DNA of 63,918 nt, filler included, from Lenisia limosa (Eukaryota > Protista > Breviatea): assembly GCA_001655205.1 (NCBI GenBank). It is 14 parts of 14 records of this genome, joined end to end, with 100 filler letters (N's around TTAATTAATTAA, not from the genome) between each part and the next. Parts side by side here need not be neighbours in the genome. Positions count along the whole stretch, not along the records: positions 1 to 11,177 come from LPNZ01004612.1; positions 11,278 to 15,905 come from LPNZ01007718.1; positions 16,006 to 30,156 come from LPNZ01011582.1; 11 more parts are not named here. One strand, given 5' to 3'. This document shows positions 1-22,433 of this stretch, in pieces; positions within the stretch are counted from its first letter, which is position 1; every line of letters starts with the position of its first letter. Below the pieces are notes generated by a model. That model was not told the origin of the DNA. It saw only the letters and a program-made list of their open reading frames with translations, and ran no database searches. The position numbers and the translations under genes are program-made.

Positions 1-2
1 CA

Positions 3-966
3 CAACCCCAGCAACCATATCAGCCTCAACAGCCATACCAACCCCAGGTGCGTTTCAGGATGTTCTTTCCCTACACTTAGAAAAAGACCGGTAAAATATC
101 GATATTTACCGAGGATTTTCCGAGAAATGCAGACTGTTGTGGGCCCTTTTTTTTTAGGAAGCCCTAATAGTGATACATACCAAATAAAATTAACACATTC
201 NNNNNNNNNNNNNNNNNNNNNNNNNNNNNNNNNNNNNNNNNNNNNNNNNNNNNNNNNNNNNNNNNNNNNNNNNNNNNNNNNNNNNNNNNNNNNNNNNNNN
301 NNNNNNNNNNNNNNNNNNNNNNNNNNNNNNNNNNNNNNNNNNNNNNNNNNNNNNNNNNNNNNNNNNNNNTTTGGATAAATAGAAATTACGCACATTTTAT
401 GTCCGTTATATCTAAAAATTACTCCCATAATGTACCATTATGGGGTTTCCCCGGCGACTTAAAGTGAGCACAAAAAAAATACATAGTGAAAATTTCAATA
501 TCAATACCTTGACATTGACTAAGGTTTCCTTTCAATCGTTATCAAACCTATCTTGCTACTCTTACGTATTCCTAGCGACCCTTAACTCTCGACAAAAACG
601 TTAGCAGGATTTACTTTTTAGCCTCAGCCCCAAGGCCAGTACCAGCAGCAAAACTATCAGCAACCTCAGGGTTACCAACAGCAGCAAAACTACCAGCAGC
701 CTCAACAGGGATACCAACAACAGCCTCAACAAGTTTGTTGGAAGCTTTCGTGTGTATACAGTCTCTCTGAATTATTGATAAACCCACAAGAAAATATCTC
801 TTCTGAACGAAAGTAATGCTCTCATTAGGATGCCTCCACTCACACGGCTTTTTTTTTAAAAAAAAAACTGAGTGTTTTTCTGAGATCCTTGATCGATATA
901 ACGTTTCTCTGACGTTTAATTTCTCTAAACTTGCACTTCTCTTTTTTCTCACCTTCCAGTATTAAA
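3..966 (+). CDS. 3' end of a Q/P/Y-rich low-complexity protein (partial; exons 3-47, 622-732, 961-966)
   Basis: In-frame GT-AG joins give QPQQPYQPQQPYQPQ|PQPQGQYQQQNYQQPQGYQQQQNYQQPQQGYQQQPQQ|Y*. Confidence 0.75.
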
Positions 967-1349
967 TTAGCGTGGAGCTGTCGTCATCACTGTGTCAATA
1001 TATATACAGTATATACTATTCTTATTTTGGATACTTCACGAGCGGCAAGTGACTGAGGCGGGTTGTTAGGGTCCTTTACAATACCCAATAGTGAGTCCCA
1101 AAAAAAGTGAATTTCCCTCTTTCCTTGAAATAGAGTACCCGGTAGTATGCATAATCAGGGGTTGTACCAAAAGAAAGCTTTAAAGCGTCACATCAACCTG
1201 GTCAGCTGAAACACCTAAAGAGTCAAAGAACTTTTTGAAAATATAAATCGGACGAAGAGAACATGTACTAGCATCAGAAGCATTTGAAAAGAACCCAGTA
1301 GTGAATTGAAAATATCGTGCGTGTGTACAAAAGATCTAGAATGTTGACT

Positions 1350-11072
<9,723 letters not shown>

Positions 11073-11177
11073 CTGTTATTTGAAATATTGGAATATTATA
11101 TCTGTATTGTCACTATTAGATCTCAAAGTTACCCATACCAAATAGTTACAATAACTATCAAATAGTTAAAATAAATA

Positions 11178-11277
11178 NNNNNNNNNNNNNNNNNNNNNNN
11201 NNNNNNNNNNNNNNNNNNNNNTTAATTAATTAANNNNNNNNNNNNNNNNNNNNNNNNNNNNNNNNNNNNNNNNNNNN
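11178..11277. other. Artificial 100-bp contig spacer; also centred at 15950, 30201, 34912, 37468, 42446, 43674, 45525, 47702, 51647, 57350, 58576 and 62554
   Basis: Identical 44N-TTAATTAATTAA-44N block 13 times; the 12-mer gives stops in all six frames. Confidence 0.97.
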
Positions 11278-11342
11278 TATCGTAAACTTACCGTTTTTTT
11301 CGAAAACTTAACTGTTTTTATCGTAAACTTACCGTTTGTTTC

Positions 11343-11964
11343 ATGATACCCATCCCTCTTTCTCACCATGCAGCTTTCTTCCCGCAAGGTAACAGTGCCG
11401 ACCTTATTCACATCATGGACGTGCGAGGCATGAAAAGGAATAATCAAAATGTGGGGGGGGGGGGGNNNNNNNNNNNNNNNNNNNNNNNNNNNNNNNNNNN
11501 NNNNNNNNNNNNNNNNNNNNNNNNNNNNNNNNNNNNNNNNNNNNNNNNNNNNNNNNNNNNNNNNNNNNNNNNNNNNNNNNNNNNNNNNNNNNNNNNNNNN
11601 NNNNNNNNNNNNNNNNNNNNNNNNNNNNNNNNNNNNNNNNNNNNNNNNNNNNNNNNNNNNNNNNNNNNNNNNNNNNNNNNNNNNNNNNNNNNNNNNNNNN
11701 NNNNNNNNNNNNNNNNNNNNNNNNNNNNNNNNNNNNNNNNNNNNNNNNNNNNNNNNNNNNNNNNNNNNNNNNNNNNCGACTGGCTTTGTGTTGTGTTGTT
11801 ACCACCAACCCTCGTGTGTTGTCGTCAGCCAACAGATTTGTTTTTGGGCTTTTTTGTTTATAATTTTCCAATTTTACCCCCCCCCCCAGACTGTTCTCGA
11901 GGATTATGGTGACGACGTGGTGGTCAAAACAGGAGTCAAGAAGCTACTCTCCAAAATCGGCTAG
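11343..11964 (+). CDS. 3' end of an unidentified protein; last intron (11451-11889) ends in family D
   Basis: ...LIHIMDVRGMKRNNQN|TVLEDYGDDVVVKTGVKKLLSKIG*, phase-0 GT(G)n...(C)nAG join. Confidence 0.55.
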
Positions 11965-12619
11965 ATTCAGTGTTCGTGTGTTTCCTGGGGTTTTCCGTGC
12001 CCCGGCTATTTGCAATACAGTCTACTGTGATTCTGAGGCTTTGCGTAATTGCGAGGATTCTTTAACAAAAGAAATAATATTAGAAAGGGGAACAAATAAA
12101 TACATGGGGGTACTATAAACAAATTAACGCCTCGGCGCCCACGCATTTAGAATGAGAGTCGTCATTGGGTCAAAGACTGTTTACTTTTTCCGTCTGTTTG
12201 TTCCAACTGCTTTCCCTCTGTTTCCCCCGCATTGACGATCCTTTTGAACTTGTGAATCCTAAATTTCGTCATAATCACATGGGATCGTGTAATGTCGCCA
12301 CAGTGCCGTGTTAAAGGTTTTATTTTTATTTTTTATTTTTAGTGGGGATAGCGTTTGGGTCCCACTGGCAGATTGCTATTTGGATTCCCAATTGTTTGAG
12401 CCACACTGCGGCGCATCAACTTGGGATTTCCATTCATTATTTGCTTTTAAAATTTCAGGGGACTCCCATCTAAAATATGGAATTCCAACGTTTTCACAAG
12501 AATCTCAAGTCGATGCGCTAGTTCACTAGTCCGCGCAGTAAGTTCATAAGAAATACCAAGTCAACGCGTCAAGTCAACTACGGAATAAAAATTGGATTGA
12601 ATACTTATATTGACTGCAT

Positions 12620-15600
12620 TGCAGAGCTATATAGCTATGTATTGTGGGCCATGAAATGGACAAACCTGTGGGACAATTAATATATACTATACATAATAAA
12701 ATAGTATTATGGTTACATCTGCTCTCGAACCGCAAGGATGGTCATGGACTTCTCTGAGATAGCACCGTAATTCTGGGTGTAACCTGAGCCGACTTCACCT
12801 TGGACTGTAACCTGTAGAGTAAAAAACAAAACAAGAAAAAACAGATCCAAAAGGTATCAACTATTTCAGGAAAATTATTTGAGTCAGTTGAAGAATGGAG
12901 AACAAAAACTTACAGGAAAATAACATAAAAAAGCAAACCAAATAGGATAATGGGAATGTGGTGGTAGATGAGCAAGCAGCAATTGAAAGTGAAGGTGAGC
13001 GAGGATGTGTCAATAATGGGAGCAGAAATGTAAAAAAGATTAGTAAATAAACAAAAACCAAACTAAGTAATACAAAAGCTTCTGGTAATTTGAGTTCAAA
13101 AAGGCCACCACATGATCTTGTTTGTTCACCCTTTTTTCCTGTTTGACTCCATTATCCTGTTTGAACTTATTGACGCCAATGAGCAAGAAGATTCGTTCGC
13201 GCAATTTGGCGCTTTCACCAGTTCTTACTAATGACTCTATTGGCCGAGTGGTAGCGGGAAACCCGTTTCACTTGTAGATCTCTTGTTGAGGAATTCTCAA
13301 GTTGGAGAAGAAAGTGCGGAAGGCTTTTCATTGAAGTGCTAGTTTGCTGATAGAAACAAAGTTGTACTGCATGATTCCGTGGATAGCCACTTCCGCGCTA
13401 ACTTTTGCCCGGGGTTATCATATTAAGCTGCCCATAAGGTGCTACTGCGGGCCATTAGAACCAATAGGGCTTCACTTCGGTTCGACAAATTACCGAATTT
13501 CTCGATATTTTACCGTATTTTTCGAACCGAAGTGAAGCCCGAAGTACTAATAGCCCTTCTAACCTCCAGATGGGATGCGTGCATGGTGGGTCACGACCAT
13601 TACGTATGAGGACGAAAAGGTGGGAATTCTCCATACCTTGGTGTCGTTTGAAAGAATCTTGCACACATGTGATATATCTTTTCGTCTTGTGTAGTATGTA
13701 ATATCATTTCTGAAATTAGGCGAACATGTCTCATCTAACCTGTTATATTGCTGTCACTTTCGGCAAGCTCTGATAATCTAGGCCTTGTTCCAAGAGCACG
13801 ATGTCACAACGCACAACGCTAATGTAAGGCTCTTATCATTCCGCACGACTATAAGACATGTTCTCCAAACCAACATGCTCGGATCTTTTCTGTTTTCTGA
13901 AGCTCAACTCTGACCTCATTGTTAGAAAATAAACTGTATCTTCCAAATTTCGTTATGTTCTATTTTATCCAAATTTTCTATGAAATTTTCTATGAATACA
14001 CCCTTCTCCCCCCCCCCCAATCTCATTTTGAAATAGACGCACAACTTGGGAGCAGACCATTGGAACAGTCACCGGGAGATCGGGAGATCGCGAGACTTGG
14101 ATCGCAGCTCTCCAAAGAGAGCCCCTTCAAGGTGACCCTTGCCAGCCTTGCTAAGAACTACCCCGACGTTGCAACTATGCTTGGTCTTTGTTGTCATATT
14201 TAAACTGTGATCAGTAAGCTTTCCGTGTTAATTGACATTTTTAAAAGTATACTTTGTCGCCATTGGTACCTTCATCGTTGGAAAGTGAACCACTTGAGCC
14301 TTCGATCCCAACACCTAATCCATGAAATAGTTTACGTGTGGGGAGACCTTCACTTTCGGTTCCAAAAGACCGATATTTATCGAGAATTTTTCGGGTATTC
14401 AGTCTTTTTTTGGAACCAAAGTGAAGTGTGAGGCAATTGCAGTGGCTCATGTTGAAGAGTTAATTTGATATTGTCTTGCTTCCTATATAATATATGATGT
14501 CCATAGGCACCCCCCCCCCCNNNNNNNNNNNNNNNNNNNNNNNNNNNNNNNNNNNNNNNNNNNNNNNNNNNNNNNNNNNNNNNNNNNNNNNNNNNNNNNN
14601 NNNNNNNNNNNNNNNNNACTGGATGTGCTGGCTGCACTATAAGGTTGCTCGGAGAAATAAAAAACAAAAAAAGCCACCAGAATTGAGCCTCCATGTCATT
14701 ATAGCGATGTAAACCACACGATAAAAAATGAAAAGACAAGAAGCGCAGAATTTCAACAGTTTAGCAAACACAAAAAGGCTTATGTGTTCTGGAATTGTAA
14801 TAAACACAAATAACCAAAGAAAAAATGGGTGAGGAGTGGTGTACCAATAAGATGGAGAAATGTCATTTTCATTTATTGTTTTATACGTACCTTAAACTCA
14901 TGTGGTCCAGCGTATAGTTTACCCGCCCTAAAGATAATGAAATTATGACAGTGTGTCTTCTTACCTTACATAAGATTCTAACAAAAAAAAAAACAAGAAC
15001 CAAAAATTCTCAAATTTCACTTCAACCTGATGGAAAGAGATAGACCCCCCCACCAGTTCAGTGAAATGGGCTGATCGAAGCCACTAGTGGTCAAAGTCTC
15101 AAAGACATAAGCCACAACAACGTTGTCGACCTAGAGCATGATAATGAAGGGGATTTATGAAAAAGAAAATAATACACAAGAAACCTTGAAAAACAGAAAA
15201 TACTTAAGGGGGGGGGGGGNNNNNNNNNNNNNNNNNNNNNNNNNNNNNNNNNNNNNNNNNNNNNNNNNNNNNNNNNNNNNNNNNNNNNNNNNNNNNNNNN
15301 NNNNNNNNNNNNNNNNNNNNNNNNNNNNNNNNNNNNNNNNNNNNNNNNNNNNNNNNNNNNNNNNNNNNNNNNNNNNNNNNNNNNNNNNNNNNNNNNNNNN
15401 NNNNNNNNNNNNNNNNNNNNNNNNNNNNNNNNNNNNNNNNNNNNNNNNNNNNNNNNNNNNNNNNNNNNNNNNNNNNNNNNNNNNNNNNNNNNNNNNNNNN
15501 NNNNNNNNNNNCATCATTATTATAATAAAATCCATTCCATCATCACCCATTCCATCATCATCAAACGTCCAAACCCTTAAAACATACAATCACAATGAGC

Positions 15601-15830
15601 TACCGCTTCCAAAATAAGACAATATTCAACCATTCGCCACCAACATATAACCTGACAATCACTCCAGCATTAATGACACGTGAGAACAGAGTTGTAATCA
15701 CGGAAATGAAGGCATGAGTGTCGGAATAGAAGGTCACTGACGGCTGAATTACAACATCCCTACAAAAGTCAAAAGATCGCAATCGTAGTCATAAATTTCT
15801 TCACAGGCCACGACCGCCTTGTTATACTTC
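12620..15830 (-). CDS. Unidentified multi-exon gene
   Basis: Phase-compatible exons, e.g. LFGELRSKSRDLPISR|VVRCDIVLLEQGLDYQSLPK|VWRIPTFSSSYVMVVTHHARIPSG|VAPYGQLNMITPG; also VDNVVVAYVFETLTTSGFDQPISLN. No family recognised. Confidence 0.4.
13465..13542. mobile_element. Family A MITE, internally deleted
   Basis: Both TIRs present; flanks agaaccaa/agtactaa (6/8). Confidence 0.8.
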
Positions 15831-16269
15831 ACATTTCTATATATACATATAGGTGACTATACATGAACGCGAACACTCCCATGAACGCGAACGCTTTTTC
15901 GATTTNNNNNNNNNNNNNNNNNNNNNNNNNNNNNNNNNNNNNNNNNNNNTTAATTAATTAANNNNNNNNNNNNNNNNNNNNNNNNNNNNNNNNNNNNNNN
16001 NNNNNACATTATATCATAAAAATATACCATTAATAGATTATTAATAAGCCTCATCTTTTATCTATTTGGGTTCATTCTTTGTGTGGAGCCTGCGTTTACC
16101 TCCATCCTCCAGGTTTGCTTTTGATATTTAAATTTTCACTCAAAACCATTCGATAGCATTATTTACACTTAAGGTTGGTGACCAGCACCACCATGCACAC
16201 GCGAACGCTGATCTGAGGCGACAACTGTCAACATTCAGAAATACAGGCCCGAACAAGTAGGTCAATCAA

Positions 16270-17330
16270 AACAAAGATGCGCATACTATCATGAAGTCTC
16301 GTTTCAAATCTTGTTTCGAGCGCCTCTTTTAAGTTACTTGAGATTAACCACATGTATTGATTGAGGATTTGGAATTAAGTTAACAAAGGGGAAGTTCGTT
16401 CTTGTTTAAGTTTATCTTCACTTTATTAAAGTGCTATGTGACCACCAATTGGCGACTATGATTTCATCTACTCTCCACCACGTTTCACCTTCCGTACTCA
16501 AAGCGTCAATGACTGCAGTTGGCTTCAAGATTGATGGCACCCATGATCCCCTTCTGATTCCTCACTCCGCCTATACCCCTGGGGCAACATACAGAACCAC
16601 TACAATCACTTCCGGGTTCCTTCGCTCATTGTTCTATGAAGAAAATTTGACTGCTCCCCTTAGTGCCCCCTTCCTCAACAAATCATCTCCACCTTTCCCA
16701 ACTTTCACCACCAAAACCACCACCATTGACCAGTGTGTTTTCCGAACAGAAAACAGGGTAAAACCTGTGATCGACAACATCACCAAGGAGGTTGCAATTG
16801 CCACTTATTCATCTCTTCGTGCTTCTAATACATTGAAAAATTCAGAAGAAGCTCTCTCTGAGAAGGACATCGCCTTTGTTGAAGGTACCTCTGCGATATC
16901 TTCCATTCTATTACACACCAATCCTGACTTGGTTAAATGCTTGAATAGAGGTATGAAGGCTGCAACTCTCAGCCTATCTTCATTTCATTCAATAGTTCTC
17001 ACCTCCATTCTTTTTTGTGATTGATTTATTATTATTTGTTTAAGGTAAGAGAGCTGTTTCACTCAAGTGCGGAGAACTCGTTGCTACCGAAGATGATATA
17101 AGGGAGGCAATAAAGGTTTGCATCGATTGTGTACATCATTTTCTATCATTTTACTGAAAATTTCTCTTGTCTACATATTGTATTGACTAATTGGCCTTTC
17201 TTTGAAAATGTTGAAGGTGTCAAGGAACTGACAATCAACGCCAAGTGCCGTGCAGCTAAAGCTAAGGCTACCAACACAAAGAAAGAAATGACTGACGTGT
17301 TTTTTTTTGTTATGTCACAGTTGGATACCA
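16270..17330 (+). pseudogene. C-terminal half of a pogo-like transposase (copy 2)
   Basis: AVGFKIDGTHDPLLI, GFLRSLF, PFPTF, SLKCGELVATEDDI and FFENVEGVKEL are homologous to 21483-22433. Confidence 0.6.
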
Positions 17331-17362
17331 AACAGCACCATCATCAGTTTGTAATGACATAC

Positions 17363-18052
17363 CTCGGCTGACATGTGCACTTTAGCACCGTCCATCACAA
17401 GGATCTTGGGGCTTGCTGAAGTGACTGATTACAGACATTGTAAAATAGAAAGAACTCTTCGTTGTTCCGATGCAGAAACATTTATTGCATTGACAGTTCT
17501 CTTCAGTGGCCTTTGAAGGCTTGAATAAGTTTGGTCTCAATTCAGTAGGGTTTTCTTAGTACCATGAGGACACAGCATCGCTATAGTGTCGCCACATTTT
17601 GGGATAGAAACCGGAATTGGGTCCAGCATATCACCTCCTTCAGCATCACGGACAGGGCCATCTCCGCCAATAAAAATTGAGGCTGGGGCAAAATCACCTG
17701 TCATTCGGGACATTGAAAGAGCTGTTGCCATAATNNNNNNNNNNGACAAGGCCATCTCCGCCAATAAAAATTGAGGCTGGGGCAAAATCACCTGTCATTT
17801 GGGACATTGAAAGAGCTGTTGCCATAATTTCACCCTTAATGCCAGTGAAATAGGCCGGGCTGAAGGCGGTCTCATCCCCAAAGAATCCATCCTATTGGTA
17901 ATTACCCTTCTGATAAAAGACAACTTCAGAGAAAAGAGAATGAACAATAAGTGTTTGTAAATAATGTGAACATACTTTTGACGGGAAAGGAAAATCAGGA
18001 ACTGAGGTTCTGAGAATCCCAATAGCAGCTTTCATGTGCATATCCATGTTTC
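17363..18052 (-). pseudogene. DDE core of a pogo-like transposase (copy 2), spliced
   Basis: PDFPFPSK|DGFFGDETAF...TGDFAPASIFIGG...KILVMDGAKVHMSAE|; parallels YFADETAF...SGDYVPACIILGG at 20.7 kb; stops present. Confidence 0.7.
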
Positions 18053-18794
18053 TNNNNNNNNNNNNNNNNNNNNNNNNNNNNNNNNNNNNNNNNNNNNNNN
18101 NNNNNNNNNNNNNNNNNNNNNNNNNNNNNNNNNNNNNNNNNNNNNNNNNNNNNNNNNNNNNNNNNNNNNNNNNNNNNNNNNNNNNNNNNNNNNNNNNNNN
18201 NNNNNNNNNNNNNNNNNNNNNNNNNNNNNNCTTGGCAACCACGCACGCGCGACGCGCCTTCATAGCAGTCTCTCAAGCTTCAACCCAGGAGGGCTGATCA
18301 GCACTGACTGATACCACCGACTACTGCTGGGAACTGCCAACAGAACTACAACAGGAGCTCAGCAGCATCACGAAGATAGGAGAGGTTGGGAGGGGAGGCG
18401 GGATCTCTCTTTTTTGGTGATCGTGAAATAATACTCAAAACCGCAAAGATGATAAGGCTTTACTCAAGAAAAAAGCTCCTCAGTGACTCACCCGAACGGC
18501 TGTTGGAGTCATTACTGACTTGTGTCAGTAATGGGTCTATGTATACTATATGATTCACATGGCACTCATGAACGAGCAGACTATTGTCGGTTGGGACTTC
18601 CCCGAAGGACCTGAAAGGACAATTGTGGTACCTTTGACGACTGAAGATAAACAAGTGTTGATGTACGACGAAGAAAGAGAAGAAATAAAGGTGGCTGTCA
18701 TTGANNNNNNNNNNNNNNNNNNNNNNNNNNNNNNNNNNNNNNNNNNNNNNNNNNNNNNNNNNNNNNNNNNNCTAGGCATCATGTAGCTAACCTG

Positions 18795-19518
18795 TTTTCT
18801 GATGTTCTTTTCAATGTTCATTATTTCATTAATAACCGTGAAAGTCGCAAAGCAGTCTCGCAACCCAATATTTTTCGCGAAATTTGGGGGATGACAGATT
18901 CTTTACAGATTAATGTTAAAAAAATACCTACCAGCTTCTTCGCGATTCCATCCATTTTCTGGCAAGATATTTGCTCCAGATAATTCCTGTACAGCAATTT
19001 TGGTTCCTTTTTTGATATCTACCTCCATTTGTTCCAGTTCAATGAGCGTATCTTGACAAAAAATAGCCGAGCATAGGTCGCAGCTGGAAGTAATAAATTG
19101 CAACTTTTCTGGATTTCTAAATAAACCACAAAACAACAAACATAATACATGTACACTCACCACATCTTGTTAAAAGAACTAAGGTCGAATACGGCCTCCT
19201 TTCGTAGGGCCCTGGCCCCATTTGTGTAGATGTCAAGGGCCTTGATGTAATACCACCTTAGGAACTCGTGGTTGTATTTATGGGTACCTGAAAAGGTGAT
19301 AAAAAAACAAGAACAAAAACAAGCAATAAAGAATGTGATGATATCTGGCCAAAGCGCAATATAACGTGGCAAAAGCTTTGTGCTTGCCTCTCAAATAATT
19401 TGATAAACAGAGTTTGTTATCCCTTCTACCAAGATCGACAACCGTCGGACGAATGGAGGAAGTTTCTCCATCTTTTGCAGATGTGTGGTGGGTCAGGAAT
19501 GACTAAAATTGGTGCGTC
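18795..19518 (-). pseudogene. P-element/THAP9-like transposase relic with introns
   Basis: VIPDPPHICKRWRNFL (cf. D-x-PH-L-x-K-x-x-RN), LRKEAVFDLSSFNKMC|CDLCSAIFC (cf. KMKVKLAAQVFS), TFTVINEIMNI. Confidence 0.55.
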
Positions 19519-20061
19519 CTGAATAATGTTATAGAAAAAATACTACTATAGGCTTCCCCAAAAAGAAAACTACTAAACAGAACAAAAAAAGGGGGCAATA
19601 AAGTGAAAGACCTTCATCTTCACTGTTCAACCTCCTTTATCTCCCCTTTCTACCAATTAATTGTGCTTATGTAAAGCATTACCCATTATACTTGTACGAG
19701 ACATTAGGCAAACCTGTGCTGGGTGATAGAACTTATTTGATCTAATAGTTCAGTGATTGACAACCAGTTGCGATGAACTTCAAAATTGGTTGAATAACTA
19801 AAGGGTTGCATGTGAACCGTCAATGCCTTCCTAAAGGATTAATTTGAAATAATTTTCCAGCTTTTCAGGTTCAAACCTTGTTTTCTCGCGCTATTTTTAT
19901 TGAATCCTGGTTAGGCCTCATATTGTTATGTATTTATAGCTTGTAAGAAGTTAGACAGCGTTGGATTACTAATTCGCCTCTTGTTTCATTTTCAGTCTAT
20001 TTGAAATTTCAGCTTGCTCCCTACGGTGTTAATATTTTTTTTCCTTAACACATTTTGCCAG

Positions 20062-22433
20062 GTATTAACGCTGGTCATCGGCTTGCTGCTGAGATTAATG
20101 CTGCCTCAATGAACGTCAAATCTGAAAAGGCAAAGGTGAAAGCAGTATATGCTGCGTATGGAATCGGTCAAGCAAAAAACGCAATTGTAACCGATGTGTT
20201 AAATGCTGGAAGGTTTTATCTTCTTGGAAAAATTGAAGAAGGTTCGTTGGAATATACATACTGAAGTACTTGTAATATCAATAGAAAATGTTCAATATAT
20301 TAACACTTTAGCTCTCAAATATTACGAAACGCCACCAATTGAGTTCCAACAGTACTACGACAAGAAGGCTGTCCAGTCTTTGGGTCCAACTTTTCTGAAA
20401 GCATCAAAAGATCTCTATGATGTAAGATGAGAATAAATGTGTAAAAATTGGATTCTTTTTGCCCCCTTTAGCCAGTAGAGTTGATTATATCAACATGGTT
20501 CCACCCTGACCCCGTCTGTTATCCAAATAATCTTGATAAATATCAAGATTCTTAATCTAATTATCTTTTATGTAATACTTTAGATCATCAACATGAAAGA
20601 ATCTGATAGCCAAACCAAACAAGTCGTCACAGAGTTGGTGAAAGTCATCTTAGATGAATACCTTGGGAGCACACCTGAATTTGAAATGGAACCTTCTGCG
20701 ATTTATTTTGCTGACGAAACTGCCTTCGGACCGCGCTTCATGAAAGAGAAAGGAGAATCTATGGGCTCAGCAATCTCTTGCACAACTGCATCTGGCGATT
20801 ATGTACCAGCATGTATTATTTTGGGAGGAAAATCTATCATAAATGAAGCTGAGAAGCGAAAAGCAAAAACTGTTGAGCCTGTTGATGTGTCTTTTCCAAG
20901 GAGCGAAGGAGCGGGAACCCCCATGCCGACAAGATCTCTGATTATTTCAAAAAGAACCCTGATATCATCGCCCCTCATATTGTTGAAGCAAACCCTTAAG
21001 CAACTCATGTTACCTTTTGGGATGCAATGGCTCCTCCTTCTTTTCGACAATGAGTGTACTNNNNNNNNNNNNNNNNNNNNNNNNNNNNNNNNNNNNNNNN
21101 NNNNNNNNNNNNNNNNNNNNNNNNNNNNNNNNNNNNNNNNNNNNNNNNNNNNNNNNNNNNNNNNNNNNNNNNNNNNNNCAATCACACTTCCTCCAAGTAA
21201 AGATTATTGTATATGATATTTATTATTATTTATTTTTTTGCATTTAAATTCAAGCAACCTAGAGTAGTAACAAAGTCGGTTGGAGACCAGTACCACTACG
21301 CGTATGTTAAGAAAAAATTGCGATCAAAAATTCAGTCTTTTAGCAAGAAGCATGGAAATAAGTGAGTGGTGTGATAGTAATTGTATGTTCTTTGTAATCA
21401 GAGCAACTTAACTCCTTTTATTTTCTCTCATCATTTAACACAATGACATTATTTTCTTTATTGTAAAAGGGATGTCAAAGACGTGCATGTTGTGACCCTC
21501 ATTTCTGAGTCCCTCCATGGCACTGACCTTGAGGTGTATGCTGCCTCGATGAAATGTTGTGGCTTTGAAAAGACAGGGAAACATAACCCTGCGCTTATCA
21601 ACAAGACGTCTACGCACCTGGTCTTCCCTACCGTTTACAACACCATCAGCGGTCCATTCTTGAAGAATCTCTTCTCCCATATCAATCTACATACCCCTCC
21701 TGGAACTGCATTCTTTACCCCTGCTTACATTGATCCATTCCCAACTTTCAAGCCGAAGCCCACACCTGAAAAAATCATCAAGTTCCATACAAAGTTGAAT
21801 GAAAGGCACTCAAATGGCAATCTGAAGCACCAGTTTGCAATGGTCAAGTCAACCAAGGAGCGAGTACAGAAGGATATTGGCAGCAATAACCCATTCTATG
21901 AAGGGGCTGCCTCAATGGCTGTTCTTCTCTGTGCCTTAAAGAAAGTTCTCGCTGCTTCAACAATTTTGTGTGCCTCTTCTAATTACCAACAAGCAATACA
22001 TGACTCCAAAGCCATACATGATATTGTGTTAAAGGTTTGAATGAATTGTAATTATTACAACCTGTATTTTTTTTACAAGAGAAATCCTTACAATTCTCTA
22101 GGTTTTGGAAGTCGGCGCCATTACTGAAAGAGTCCCTCAAATTGCTGTCGTCCCTTTGTCTCCCGGAGAACGAATTGTGTCAATTGAGGAAGACGAGGTA
22201 ATTACCAAATTGGAAAACCTCAAGGAAGACAGAATTCGAAACCAAAGATTCTCAACCGAATTTGGTGGAATTGTCGGTCCGAAAGTATGTTAAAAATATA
22301 CTTTGCTTTACTCTTTCAGATTCTTTATGACAACTTCGACGGTGTGGAAACACTGGACGCCAACCGCAAACGCCGTGCCTCAGCAGAACCTACCGGCCAG
22401 AAGACAACAGCAAAGAAGAAGTCCAGGAAGTAA
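20062..22433 (+). mobile_element. Intron-containing pogo/Tigger-like (DDE_1-type) transposase gene (copy 1)
   Basis: IYFADETAF; SCTTASGDYVPACIILGGK; LLLLFDN; SHFLQ; GFEKTGKHNP; in-frame introns 22035-22101 and 22285-22319; basic tail RKRR...KKKSRK*. TIRs not found. Confidence 0.7.

Noticed and set aside
11222-11233. Recurrent TTAATTAATTAA as a biological repeat or CRISPR-like unit
   Set aside because: Always centred in exactly 88 Ns; a six-frame-stop assembly linker.
13238-13290. Walker A-like IG(P)SGSGK on (+)
   Set aside because: Needs a frameshift, has no other ABC motifs, and the (-) strand gives a better spliced model.
17653-17830. ~85-bp direct repeat around a 9-N gap
   Set aside because: Typical unmerged contig overlap; removing it restores the transposase frame.
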